DNA of 64,000 nt from contig JBHGNT010000002.1 in assembly GCA_043228905.1 (NCBI GenBank), positions 4,030,001 to 4,094,000 on the forward strand, written 5' to 3'. This DNA is from Azolla caroliniana (Eukaryota; Plantae; Polypodiophyta). Numbering within the stretch: position 1 is the first letter of the stretch; every line of letters starts with the position of its first letter. Position numbers and translations under genes: made by a program. Below the pieces are notes generated by a model. That model had not been told where the DNA came from and did no database searches. It saw nothing but the letters and a program-made list of their open reading frames with translations. Shown here one piece after another: positions 13,401 to 26,939 of this stretch.

Positions 13401-14054
13401 CTGGGGACATGCTTGCTGGGACTATCTTGAGGATGATGTGACGAAATACGATAGCACATGCAATGCTCAGTACAGAGGGGAGAATGGCATTGTTCGGCTA
13501 ATCACTGACAACAGGGCATCTACAGTTAGTGCATAGAAGCATAAACTTGGAGATCTTTGGACGTTGCTTGCCCCCATTACCATATGGTGTATATGGACAA
13601 CAAGGTGTACCATGGTATTTTCAACAAACAAACGCCCTCCAACTGAATTGATTAAGCTAATCTGGCACACATTAATAACTACACTAAGAGCTCAATATGA
13701 GCGGATTGATGGTACTGATGATGTTGCAGAATTAATGAGGCTGGATTTTAGAAAACGGTGGTGTACTACACCGATGGCCACAACAAATGGAATGGATATA
13801 CAGTGGCAATATGTAGTACCTAGATGGTTGTTCCTCCCTCCCATTAGTTGAACGAGGGGCATGAAAGAGATGTCATGTGGGATAGTGAATGTAGGTGATG
13901 TGTATAAAAGGATGGCTAGAGGCACATGTGAAAGTGTAAGATAAATAAGTGAGATTTCTTATGAAGGTTAGGATAGTCTAGGCAAGGCCTACCTGAGAAA
14001 GGGATTGAGTTTGTGTATATTTTAACTAATGGAGTATATTCTTTTTTGGTTTAG
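13401..14054 (+). mobile_element. 5'-truncated LINE 3' end, copy A
   Basis: WCIWTTRC...WQYVVPRWLFLPPIS; bounded by GAG(T/C)TATGGATATGAA at 13385-13400 and 14055-14070. Confidence 0.8.
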
Positions 14055-14070
14055 GAGCTATGGATATGAA

Positions 14071-14577
14071 GCACAAATTTGGAGATCTATGGATGTTGCT
14101 TGCAACCATTATCATATGGTGTATATGGACGACAAGGTGTACCAAGGTATTTTCAGCAACAAACAGTCTCCAGCTGAAACCATTAAGCTAATAGGGCACA
14201 CAATAATAACTACATTGAGGGTGCAATATGAGAGGATTGATGGAATAGATGATGCTTTAGAACTAATGCGACCGAATTTTAGAAAACGTTGGTGTACTAC
14301 ACCGATGACTATAGCAAATGGAATGGATATACTATGGAAGTACGTTGTCCCCCCTCCCATTACTTGAAAGAGGGGCGTGAATGATGAGATGCATAGAGAA
14401 CAAACATGTGGACTATTGAATGCAGGTGATGTGTATGAAAGTTTGGCTAGAGACATATGCGAAAGTGTAAGATAAATAAGTGAGATCGCTCATGACTGAT
14501 AGGATAAAAGGGACTAAAGTTGTGTACAAAAGGACATTTTAACTAATGGAGTATATTCTTTTTGGTAAAAATAAAAA
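14071..14577 (+). mobile_element. 5'-truncated LINE 3' end, copy B
   Basis: Diverged paralog of copy A (LRVQYERIDG...RKRWCTTPM...WKYVVPPPIT) with an A-rich tail, followed by GAGCTATGGATATGAA at 14578-14593. Confidence 0.8.
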
Positions 14578-17500
14578 GAGCTATGGATATGAAGGATGTT
14601 TTTATGAATGGCAATGGATAGTTAAACTGTTAAAATGGTGTACTTTATTGCAAGTGTCATTTTATAGACTTCACTAGTGGCTCTCGTTATTCAAGATTTT
14701 TATTGATAAACTTTGCAAATGAGAGTGCACATTGTGGGCGGTGGCCAAAAGAGAAATATGTGTGAAGACTAGGTCATGGTTGAAAATGTGTGGAAATATT
14801 GAGCCCAAATATAGAAGGTGGAGCATTTGCAATAGGGTGTGATATTCAAAACTTGTGAACTTTTTTTGGACAAAACATGCATCATCAATAACACTCTTCA
14901 CCAATACTGAATGCTTTGCCTCACATTGAAGAGAATGTAAGGCAAGTCTCATGCAAATGATCGTGAACAAGGGAATGGGCAGAGTAACGTGTAGGTGAAA
15001 GTTTAGTTTAAAGACTTTAGAGAAGAAGCTAATGTTTTTACTTAGGTGAAACATATGTGATATGAAATGTGAAGTGTCAGCCTCTTTCTCAAGTTGTGAT
15101 CCATTACCATAAATGTCATTTGTTATGGAATCTATCGAGGCCTTCTAAAGCAAGCATAATGAATCTTATCTTCCAAACCAGTTATTGCATAGCTCCGAAA
15201 CTCCATATTTTGATTTTCTACAATCTCTAGAATTTTACTTGTTGAGTATGTTTAGCTACCATCCAAAAGGCACAAGAGAAAGAGAGAGTGAGCGAGTGGT
15301 GGGTTTACAATTAAATTGTCCAATACAATCTACTAGTCTACGTGTCTTGTGCCATTAGCCACCATATAAGAGAGAGAGAGAGAGAGATAACCAAAATGTA
15401 TTCCATCCGAAGAATGCTTAAATATTTGAGATTATAGTCAACATCCCTACGCTCTAAGAACACCTTAGAGAATTTACTTTGTTATTTGACACTTTGATGA
15501 GAAAAAGGAAGTGCTATATTCTTTCTTGTGACAATTCATAAAATAATAAAGATGGTGATTTGTGGGAGAGAGAGAGAGAGAGAGATGGCACTTTAATTTT
15601 CCTCATAGAATTGTGGGTCATCGACTGTATCGTCGACATTAGCCATCTATACTGAGGAAATTGAAAATATTCAATTTTAATCAATGCAAGAGTACATATA
15701 GGTTATACACTTTGGGTACTTTGAATTTTGTTTTGTGAAAATAACTCTTAACAACTCAAGCCTAACATATAGTATATTCATGTGCTCGCGAATTCTCATG
15801 TTCTAATGAGTCAAAATTTTAAAACCAATACCTTGAAAATATTAAAATTCCCAAAATATCTCTGACCTATTCCATATCAATTTTACCCATCCCCTCTCTC
15901 TTTGGTTGTTGATTACATGGTTTCCTCGGTAATATCAAAGTCCTAAATTTGAGAGAACCTAAGTTTGATAGTAGTGATGGGCTTGGCCCCCCATCTTTTA
16001 GGTGGTAATCATGGACATTAAAGCCATCTTGTCGATCTATCTATTATACGTTGATCAAGAGCGATGGTTTTCTCTTGGACATTTCTACTTGTCTTTTATG
16101 TGTCACTCATATGTTTCAACAATTCCATTGTTATGATGTTCTCTAACTTGAGACATGGTAGCAAAAATTCCCTTTCAATACAGCAAGGTGGCAACCAATT
16201 TTAGGATTCATGGGTGTTCACAACATCTAGTGCATGAAAGAATATGATATAATCAATGTTTTGAAAATATGGTTCATAGAGTTCTCACAAATTGGTTTTG
16301 CAAGAAATATGTGGGGCTACATAATTGACAAGAAACAATATAGATAGGTAGGATAACAAACTATTCAAAAGGTGGCAACATAAATTGGATTTAAAGAGGA
16401 TTTACTCATAAGAATATAGGACCAATCAAAAGACCTTTTTCCCATGAATATTGACCCTTCTTGGGGGACATTATCACATTCAAGTTGTTTGTATGCATAA
16501 GAGATAAATTTTGGTAATTGTCATGGACATGCTCATGTTATTTTCCAAGTAGTTCATGGTATGTCCACGGGTGCATAACATATAGGGCTTTCGATGAATC
16601 CAAGTAGATGATATTAATGAATGTGTATTAGAATGACATGCATTAAAGATGGTATGCATAATATTAAATTTGACATATATATGCATATATGGTCAAACAT
16701 AAGTAAATCATATCCTAGGTAACGAATGCAATTTCCAAGACCCTCGTAAGTTCACCACTGATCACAATACTATGAAATTTGGATGATTTCAAACTCTTCA
16801 TGTATTGTTCACTTTGGCATAATTCTTTTAGTTGACTCTTGTTCCAGATTATCATAATGTTTTCAAGAAGAAATCTCCATCTTGTGTACGATCTTAACTA
16901 TGGAGCTCATCATAGTACTTTACATTACTAGCTATTGGTCCACATCCATCATTTGACTCAATTCCTGAGATTGTAAGGTTTGCATATTTCCCAACAATAT
17001 GTATATGTGTGTGTGTACTTCTATAGATTTTCATATTTTCTACTAATCATGTGACATTAAGCCTATGATCTATATATGTACGTGTTTGTATACGCATGGC
17101 TGGTGTTTCTTAAGGAAGGGATAAAATACTCATTCTTTAGATGGGTTTAAAAAACACCTTGACAATGTTTGCATCATATATGGGTAAATGGGAACGCTTG
17201 GGACTGCTAACCCTCATGTCTTTGATGGTGCTTCATGTACCCTCTTGGTGTCTTCTTTTTGCGTGCTTTGAAATTGTCGTGAGATTATGACAACCATGAT
17301 CATTCCTGGCATTGTACATCGGATTTCGAGAGGGGAATATATTGCATGAATACAATACAAATATAGTAAACTTGCACCTCATAAGCTTATTACGATGAAA
17401 CATTGGTTCAGTGGCAACATCGATGATCAATTGTCTCTTCGAAATGCAAGAAAGAGGTGGTTGTACAACTGCTCCTCAGGGCACATGCCACTCTCACAAG

Positions 17501-17751
17501 GAAAAGCCCATGCCTTTGCATTATGTAGACTCTAGAGAGAGTGTCACCCTCACGAGAGAGGAAAGACCCCTTTTTTTCACATTCTACACTCTCGAGAAAC
17601 TCCCAACCTTTCATAGTATAAATATACATAGTGAGAACATGCATTTCAAATTTTAATATTAAGTTTCTTAACTTTCATTAGATATAATATATAGTAGGGA
17701 AAAAAAAAGTTTGCATAGTAAGGTTAATATCGATTCTACTTCGAGAAAAAA

Positions 17752-18088
17752 CATAGTTGTTCAAAAATGGGTATTCTGTGTTTAGAATACGTTTTAGAAC
17801 TACCATTTTATTATCGATTCAAGTATTCCAAGTATTCGGCGTATTTTACATATTCTACACATTTAACAAGTATTTAACGTTTCCAACAAACTAAAAAAAT
17901 TAAAATTACTTTTTAGAAACTTTAAATTTGTAGAAGTATTTAATTTATTTGACACATATTTAATGTATTCTATGTATTTAACCTATTTTATCTATAGAAT
18001 GTGTATTCTAAGTATTTTTTTAAAAAAAGGTAAAATACTAGGCATGTGTATTTTACATGTATTGTATGCTAAGTGATCTACAACAATG
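17752..18088. mobile_element. Putative degenerate hAT-type MITE
   Basis: Short TIR CATAGTTGT / ACAACAATG (1 mismatch), internal repeated GTATT(C/T) motifs, flanking 8-mers agaaaaaa / agtaaaac (6/8 identical). Confidence 0.35.
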
Positions 18089-21000
18089 AGTAAAACTCTC
18101 TCTCAATCACGATGTGCACTCTTGTTCAACCCCTACACAATATAATATCTTATCTCATTTTCTATCTAAAACCATAGCTCTGAAGGTCATGATTTTGAAG
18201 ATAGAACATTTTAGTTCACCAAACTATATTAATAATACCATTACTAATTGATACTTCCAATATTTTATGAGGCTTAGGTTTAATAGTACCCTTAAAATGT
18301 AAAAGGGTGTTCCTTTATACTTTCCCTATGTTATACATACACTCTTTCTCTTTCTATGTATTTAGAGTCAAGACTATAACTAAATGTATTATATTGTAGT
18401 GTACCATATATATACTTTTATATATTTACATATAGTGAGAGTCTTTGAGCATATATAACATATTATAAACTCATATATATGTATATATCTTATGATTGAG
18501 AGTTATATATATAATAAAATATTGAGAATGAGATAGGAGATGGTGTGCTTGTGTGTGAAACAGAAAAACTTCTGGCTAATCTAGCCGTAGTTTAGATGAT
18601 TGAGTCAAATGGTTGGAAATTGTGAGGTAGTCTCCTCGAAGTGGTGTGTAATTTAGGAGAAGTGATATATGATGGAACAAAGGTGATGTGGTAGAGTAAG
18701 GATTTGAACCCTTCACAATGACGTGGCATCGATAGCCTAAGAACTCACCGCTAGGAGGAGCTCATTGCACTATGACAAAAAGTAACATAAGTTGCATTTA
18801 GAAAAGATTAAAGGATAAAAGAGGGAGCCCAAATTGAAATATTGCATTGAATTCCTACCATTGTTATTAAACAAAATTAAGCCCAATTTCAATTGTAATT
18901 TTTGTTAGAGTTAGGGATGATAGTAATCAATAAAATAACCAAATTCAAACATTAAAGTAGGTAGTAAGAAATCCATGGACCTATAAACTTGTTGAAAATG
19001 CAATGAACTTAGTTAGGTGGCCAAAAAAGTGTGCCGGAAAAAGCCCAGTGTCCCTATGGAAGTGTTCACAATGTGGCTTTGTCTAATTTTCACCCTTTTC
19101 TCCGGAACAATTTCCAAATACTTTTTAAGGTAACCCAACATTCATGTCATTGTCTTGATCGATGATGAGCCCCTTGACTCAATTCGATACGGAGGATTGA
19201 GTTCTTACGAAAATCCGTCGGGTTCTTTCAGTATATTGTACTTGCAGTCCTTGAGATCTTTGCATGTTTTTAAAGTTTTGATACTCGCCATTTGGAAAAT
19301 ATGTACAAGTTTCTATACCATGCACCTTTCCTGAACGTGTAGATAACATTTTACTAGTAAAGTCAAAAGATTTTCAAATACACTATATTTGTGAGCTCTG
19401 TCCCATAGCGTTTACTTTCTTTGTACAAGTGATTAGTGTGGACAAATATAATAGATAGCTAGATGGCAAACAAAAACTAAACTCTTGCCGCATGGATAGT
19501 GCCATCTAGTGAAATGACATTGGAAATACGCTTTTGTGTACATATCATCCATCCAATTTAAGCCAATACTTGGTCACACAACATTATTGTATGCAAAAGG
19601 AGTACACATATGTTATGAAAGTGATAACAATAACTTTGTCAAAAGATACTGGGACTACACATAGTCATTGAATATTGAAAGCTAGTTCCACACAAGTAGG
19701 ATCGACAAAAGAAGGAAAGAACTATTGTTTATTGGTTGATTTTCATTCCCTAGGGTCATTGATGAGGTGATAAAACCCTAGAAGAGGACAAGTTTACCCA
19801 CCTTTTGGAAGATTGGATGACGAATCATTGTATCTCCTATGCCGATAATTATCCATGACCACTCAATGGCATTGTACAAATTATCTCATATGAAGAAATT
19901 TAATTGAAATATATGACTTAGTTTCATAAATAATATCCTATCAAAGTTAATGCACCAAACTTCATGTTGTACTTACGTTCTATCACATTGGATGAATGGT
20001 AATTTTGATCTATCATTACAAAACACACCGTCTCAATCAAAATGCTGGTGGAAATAGTATATTGTCAATGTTAATACACCAAGATGATTTTGTACTTTCC
20101 TTCTACCTTTAATAACAATGTAAAATATCATGTTGATAATGGTAGCAAAGCATTGTGTCGCAATAAAAAAATGATTGTGTGGATGAATTTTCGTAGTTCT
20201 CACCTTAAGCAATATCTCTTTGTCACATTTATTACTGTTTCAAGCTTGAGATGCCTTTCCATTTGGGTAAAATCTTTATCACATTCATTATTAGCCAGTT
20301 TTATTCCTCATCCTAAATAAACTTTGGATCTTATGCCTTTTAAGCATTTGTAACTTTGTCATCAATTGTTTTTGTCACATATATTGTATGCATAATGGAG
20401 CATTTTAGGGTAAGTGTTCTAGATTGTATATTGTGTTTTGACTTTTTATACTATGTTTCTCTAAAAGCTCTTGATATGCTAATGGAACATGAAAGATGTT
20501 CTATAGCATGTCCACATGTTTTGAAGTGTATGACAACCCCATCAATAACTGTGCTTGATAATTCATATTCTATGAAATTCATGAACTAGAAAACACATAG
20601 AAACTCGGTGAACCATCCCTCCTGATTTTGTATCATCTCACATTATGTATTAATATCATCAGGGGATTATTCATATGTCAAATACGAATCAATTGAGATT
20701 TAAATTGCCAAGAAACTTGAGCATTAATTAGAGCCAATTAAGTTGATTAGCATTAAAAAAGTAAACAAGTGTTAAACAAATCAACAAGAGAAAATTTCAT
20801 TTGCTACACAAAAAAACATTCCTACCTAGCTAGGATTTTCGGTCTTCAAGAGTGGATCCTCATTAGCTTTTTCCAAGCAATGAAGTAGCTCCTCTTATAC
20901 AAGTCACCTAATTGACTTGGCAACTACCTATATATAAATTCAACTTATAAGCCTCTTACAAAGTGATGATAAAGTTGACTTGCATTATAGTTAAGATACA

Positions 21001-21574
21001 AGTAGCTCCTAGATAGTTCATCTTTTGAGATCAGACACCACCCTTCAATAGTTCTACAAGTGTAGGTTCATGTACTCTCCTTTATGCTCTCCTGATCTTT
21101 CGAGCAAAAATAAAGCTAATCAATTGAAAGCCAACATGGAAGCAAATGGCACATCTAATCCTTCCAAGGGCAATCTATGCAGAATCTCACTAAGTTGATA
21201 TGATGCTTCATCACTTCTATGTTTCCTAGTTGAAAATATTATGTGCTTCTCTACATTAAGATTTGTGATAATTGCACAAAACATAAACATAAAACAGCGA
21301 TAAGGAAATGCAAAGGGCTTAATAGTATTTATAGTTCTGATTCAACAGGCCCCAACGGACATTCATTCTTTTACGAGTGTTTGGACTCCAGATGTTAAGG
21401 AAACCATATACTCATATTCTTCTAGCTAAGATAGATATGTTGTCTGCACGAGTTGTATAAGTAGTGTCCAGCAACCAAATAAGGGAAACATATTGTTTAC
21501 TTCCTCCTAGCTAGATGTGTTGTTGGCCCAAGTTGTACAAAAAGGAAAACATATCTTCCACTTATCCTAGCTAG

Positions 21575-21867
21575 ATATGTTGTCCACACAAGTTGTATTG
21601 TGTACCTGTTTGGACATCAAATATGGACAAAAAAACATAGTTGCCTGCCCCATCTTTCATTCTAGCTAGTAATAATGCCCATAAGAGTTGTATAGGTACC
21701 ATAAACGGCAAAAGACATGCCCATATGTTGTCCACACAAGTCGTATTGTGTACCTGTTTGGATATCAATTATGGACAAAAAAACACAAAGTTGCCTGCCT
21801 CATCTTTCATTCTAGCTAGTAATAATGCTCATAAGAGTTGTATAGGTACCATAAACGGCAAAAGACA
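21575..21867. repeat. ~150-bp tandem duplication spanning the transporter stop codon
   Basis: tctttcattctagctagtaataatgc(c/t)cataagagttgtataggtaccataaacggcaaaagaca is present at ~21653 and ~21803; shorter degenerate units at 21430-21600. Confidence 0.9.
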
Positions 21868-24252
21868 GACCACCCACGATAAGCAACCAATCGATCCCCT
21901 TTTGCCAAAGAGGAATACAATCCTTGAAAACATACAAGTGGAAAAATGCTGGAAACACAAACGCCAACATAGCACAAACAGTGCTTCCTACAAGAGAAAT
22001 GAACACTCCGAATGTAGGTACCAACACCGCTACCACTGCAATTATAAGCACAAGAACGCCTCTGATTAAATCCAGCACCAATCTGCGTAGTGTTGTTCTA
22101 GAAGCAAATGTCCTTTGAAAGTATTGTGTTCTTGTCACTTTGCATTCCACTAGCTCATGCACAGGGTACATCATCACTGGGAAGGTAAACAAGAGGGCAG
22201 TACATAGCCCCAATTTAACTGCCACTGTCCACCAATCGTTGGGCAGATTCAAAGTGATTATATCTTTTGTCTCATCACAGAACGCAAAGTATCCAACGAC
22301 GCCAAATGCTATGTATAGGATAGTTATCGGTAATAGAGCTTGTGCCAGAACCTTTGGAAAAAGATGAGGTTTCTTCATTGATGATGCTAACGTGAGAGTC
22401 ATTCCAAAACCTTCATAGCAATATACAGCGATTCCAAAGGCAAATGGAAATGTTGTCCATTTTTGGAAAGCAATGATCCCATCAAATCCTTCAAAGCTTC
22501 CAAAGTCATCTTTAACAACAATCGCCATGGCCAATAAATTACAAACATCTGCAAGAATGCTAGAAGGTGCAAGGCCAGCCAAAGATCGGACCCATGCCAG
22601 CATTATCTCAAAAGGAAGCAAAACTCCAATGAAGAAGGTTTGCTTCTCAGTCCCACCGGTGAACATGGAAGATAGGTTCTGCCCTATAAAGATCAGGTAA
22701 GCAACACAACATCCACTCTGCGAAACCAAAACCATTAAATCCACCAATGTTTGTCCTACATGACCATAGGTATGCCTTCCCAAGTCTCCATACGTTAATA
22801 TGTGATCATCGACTCGTTCCTCTAGCTTGTTCCTTGATTTGACCTGAATAATTACAAGAGTTCATATAAAGTGCATGAATTTTCTATGATAAAAAAGGCA
22901 TTTGACAAAGGCTCTGAATTGTACAAAAACCATATTTGACATATGATGGTCATTGGTAAGATAAAGAAAAGGAATTCGAAACGAACCAAATCACATTTAA
23001 CATCTAATAGAATGAACACAAGGCTGCTTTTGAAGAAACAATAGGAGTACTTGATTATAATTTTCAAATAGATAAATGTATTGGTCAATGTTTGGATATA
23101 CTGAAAGATATTGTAGGTTGGAATCTATGCAAACCCAACACTTACATTTAACCTTTGAATATGTAGATATATTGACAGATATTGTAGGTTGACATGATTA
23201 CATTTAAGCTTTGATCTTCAACAGTTTAAGCAACATATTGCATTTGCTTAGATTTGAATTTATAACCTTTTGTTTAATAACCACAAATGCAAATAATTGC
23301 TAACATATCTTTCATCAAACTACACATAAGATATTTACATATGTTATTTTTTTAATGCATACAATAGCTCATTTTTTAGGCTTGTTTCACATGATTATTT
23401 TTTCACAGAATCAGGATCAAGCATAATATTTGTATTTCCCTAAATGAATTTATCCAACCACATAAGGTAGTAGCTGATGCCAGGGAATTCTGAGCACCTC
23501 CATCCAGTATATTAAATGCGGTATTCTAAATCCTCTTACTACCCTAATTGAACTATCTTATTCATCAGGGAGTTGAGATGTGTAAAAGAACACAGTTTAT
23601 CACAAGTCAACATGGATGTTATGAAGTCGTGATACAGATGCTAAGAAATCATCATACCACTCAATACCTGTGCATGTATATATGTGAAATAGGATGAAAA
23701 CGGTGCAACATTTGACAGAAACTGAACAAAATTCAACAGGTTACTTTCATGCAAAACACCACCCATTTAAAGCCTGCTTTTGAAATGAAGAAAACAGTAT
23801 TTGATGCATATTTGGAGACATTTTCTAAAAAAATGTAGCATTTGACAAAGGAATGTATGATGAAAGAAATCTGCTTCTTCTAAAAACAGTATTTGATGCA
23901 TAATTGGAGACTTTTTCTAAAAAAATGTATTATTTGACAAAGGAATGTATGATGAAAGAATAGGAATGAAGCAAAATAATATTTGACGTATAATTGGACA
24001 GAAAGATAAGAGAGGGTTCGAAAGTACCAAGAGGATCATGCAATAGTAGGTCAAGGTAGCTGATAGGGTAACTGCAAGAGATCCTGCCGCCCAACCACTG
24101 ACCTTGAAAGTGTAAGGCAAGCCAAGGACACCTGTACCGATGATGGAGACGATTATATTCCCAAAAGTTCGAGTAATAGATGCACTTCCAACCTTGGATT
24201 TTGTGAAGTGAAGCAATGGAGTGCTTTCATCTTTGGTTTCAAACTCCGCCAT
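21812..24252 (-). CDS. ANT1: Aromatic and neutral amino acid transporter ANT1-like (Aa_trans/AAAP family), 2 exons (24252..24028, 22843..21812), ~418 aa
   Basis: TFGNIIVSIIGTGVLGLPYTF, YYCMILL|VKSRNKL...TYGDLG, AVYCYEGFGMTL and SLVGSTVCAMLAFVFPA motifs; phase-0 GT-AG intron 24027..22844; multiple hydrophobic helices. Confidence 0.93.
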
Positions 24253-25567
24253 TCTCTCTAGCACTCTCTAAATGGAGCAATTGTTACAAAAGTAAATCCC
24301 AAAGGCTCGTTACCCGAATTGCAAATGAGAAAACCAAATCCTTTGGTCTGTGTTTCTAATTCTCTTTGCTTCTTTTTATCAACCGTCAGTTCTGAATGAA
24401 TATTCGTCTGGCTCTGTCTTTCTGAAAGATCCTTAAACCTTTGCCACTTTTACCTTTGTCTCTGAAAGAATGGTGCTTCCTTCTACTTTGGTGTCTCTGA
24501 AACCCTAAACCCTAAACCCGAAAGATGATCCTCAAACCGTTTCTTCTCCTTCCAATATATATCAGATTTACTTCCTTCCCACCTTTGTCTCTGAAAGATG
24601 GATGGCTATCCTTCTTCCTTAAAACTTTGCTCCTAAAAACACTTGTCTAAAGTCGGTAAAAATTGACACTTAAACTGCAATTTTGGATCTACCTTTTTTG
24701 AACCTAGAAACTTCCTCTCTGAAAACCCCTTTCCAGATTTGCCTGTATATATATATGCATGTATAGCTTCATACTCTTTCTCTAGTAATAATAGATATAT
24801 TATTTCAATTGTTGTCTCTGAACAAGAAGAAAAGATCCTTCCTTTCACCTATCTCTGATTAAAGAAGATATCTCCTTACACCTTCATTTTTCTCGGAGCC
24901 TAGAAGAAAGTTCCTTCCTCCCACTTCTGTACCCGGGTACTAATCATCATCTTTCCTTTGTTCCAACTTGGTCTCAGAAACAAGAAGAAAAGATCATTCC
25001 TTTCACCTTCGTCTCTGCATAAACCAGGACGTTTCTGTGTCTCTGCTTAAACAAGACCTTTCCCACTCTTGGCCGAAACAAGAATTTACCTTAGTCTCTG
25101 ATTGAAAAAGAAATTCTCTTCCACCTTTGTCTCTGAAACTGGGGGGGGGGGGGGGGGGGGACGAAATCATTTCCTTTCACTTTTCATTTTTTTGTCTCTG
25201 AATTAAAACTCTTTCCTTGTTTCTTCTCCTTCATCTTAAACTTGTGATGATGAAAAAAACTAATCTTCTGTTTTGCTAATGAAAAGCAGAAGCTTCTTGA
25301 TGATTTCCTAAATAAATGTACTAGCGTTCAATTCTTAAAACACACGTTCCGTATCACAATTGATAATCTTCTCGATGCAGAGCAAGAGAAAAATTAATAT
25401 AATGTCTAATAGATCCTTCATATGCATACCTCTCCAATATACTTCTGTGTTCTGTCTTAATTCCAGAGGACAGAAGGAAGGAAGCCCACGCTTCCTAACG
25501 CCAAAATGTATTTCATTTCTTCGCGAATTTTACGATACTAGGAGATGATGGCGACAACGCGAAGGGT

Positions 25568-25691
25568 TGGTGATGATGATGATGATGATGCGATCAAACC
25601 CTAGCAGGTGATGATGAAGAAGAAGGACAAAGAATCAAACCCTAGCAGGTGATGATGATAAAGAAGAAGGAAAACGAATCAAACCCTAGCA

Positions 25692-25745
<54 letters not shown>

Positions 25746-26040
25746 GAAGAAGAGAAACAAAAAGAATCAAACTCTAGCAGCGGCAGCAGACGACGATGAT
25801 GATTTCCGAGAAAAGAAGAACAAGGAGAAGCAGGAATCAAAAACGTAGCTGAAGAAGACGGTGACGGAGATGAAAGAAGGGACTGAAGGATCAAATCCAC
25901 GCAGAAGACGATGAGGACGCAGGATAGAATCAACACTCAGGCCCTTAACAGAAGGAAAAGAAAGCCATAGCCCTAAACCTAACCCCACAAAACCTAAACC
26001 TAAACCTAACCCTAAAATCCTATAAACCTTAGCAGTAAAG
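25568..26040. repeat. (GAT)n/(GAA)n microsatellite interspersed with repeated GAATCAAACCCTAGCAG telo-box units; degenerate AAACCT array at ~25970-26030
   Basis: Units at ~25593, 25632, 25676 and 25764; (GAT)~17 at 25692-25743. Confidence 0.85.
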
Positions 26041-26089
26041 AAATACAATAGAAAGATATTAACCATTTTTGTTCTATTTGATAGTAAAA

Positions 26090-26510
26090 CAAAATATTTG
26101 GTTTTTTTTTTTTTACATTTTTTTTTTTTAATATTTAGAAATTAGAATGATTCTCACCTACAATTATTGTTTGTTTTTGTGTTTTTAATTATTTTATTGG
26201 GAAAAACATTTGTTTTTTCTTTTTTTCTTTTTTCTTTTTTCTTTTCCTTTTTTCTTTTTCCTTTTTTCTTTTTTTTTTCTTTTTTTTTTCTTTTTCTTTT
26301 GTTTTTTTGTTTTTATTATTATTTATTTATTTATTGTTTTTTAATGTTTCACTTAGGACTTTTATTGTGTTTGTGTATTTTTTCTTTTTTCTTTTTTCCT
26401 TTTTAATGTTTCACCTAGAACTTGTTATAGTGTTTGTGTATTTTTTGTTTTTCGTTTTTTATTTAAAAGTTTCTTCTTCTTAATATATTTAAATAATAAT
26501 GTTTCACCTT
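26090..26510. repeat. T-rich low-complexity tract with repeated AATGTTTCACCT motifs
   Basis: Almost pure T/C tract; the ORF 26167..26406 is poly-Phe noise. Confidence 0.8.
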
Positions 26511-26939
26511 AAAAAACTTCTTTCTGTTTGTGTGCATTCTTTGTTTTTTTATAAATAAATAAAAAGAAGAAAAGGAAAAAAGGGCCCCTCTCTAAATTTA
26601 GAGGTAAGATAAGATAGCACACATTTTGTTCACATGCACAACCAACCAAACAAAACAAAACAAAAGAAGAGAGACAAACATAAGAGTAAAGTGCCATACA
26701 CCTCTCCCTGCCAAAGGTCTCTCTCTTTCTCTCTCTCTCACACACACCCTTCATTCAATTGATTGATTGATTGATTCCTTCGTTCATTCATCTTACACAA
26801 TTCTCTCTCTCCCCGCCAAATGTTTGTGATGAGCTCGACAACAACACATCACCGACATTTGCCCATCCTTATCCGGTTCTCTCTTTTCTTTTGGTAAAAA
26901 GCACACGATTTATATTAATTGTATGTAAAATCCACAGTT

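Noticed and set aside
19130-21200. Possible decayed transposase or gene remnants
   Set aside because: I could not identify any convincing motif by eye; needs BLASTX.
25141-25160. G20 homopolymer (also G16 at ~2892)
   Set aside because: Homopolymer lengths are unreliable and may be sequencing artefacts; no functional claim possible.
26167-26406. Phe-rich 'membrane protein' ORF (also 52368..52724)
   Set aside because: Translation of T/A-rich low-complexity DNA.
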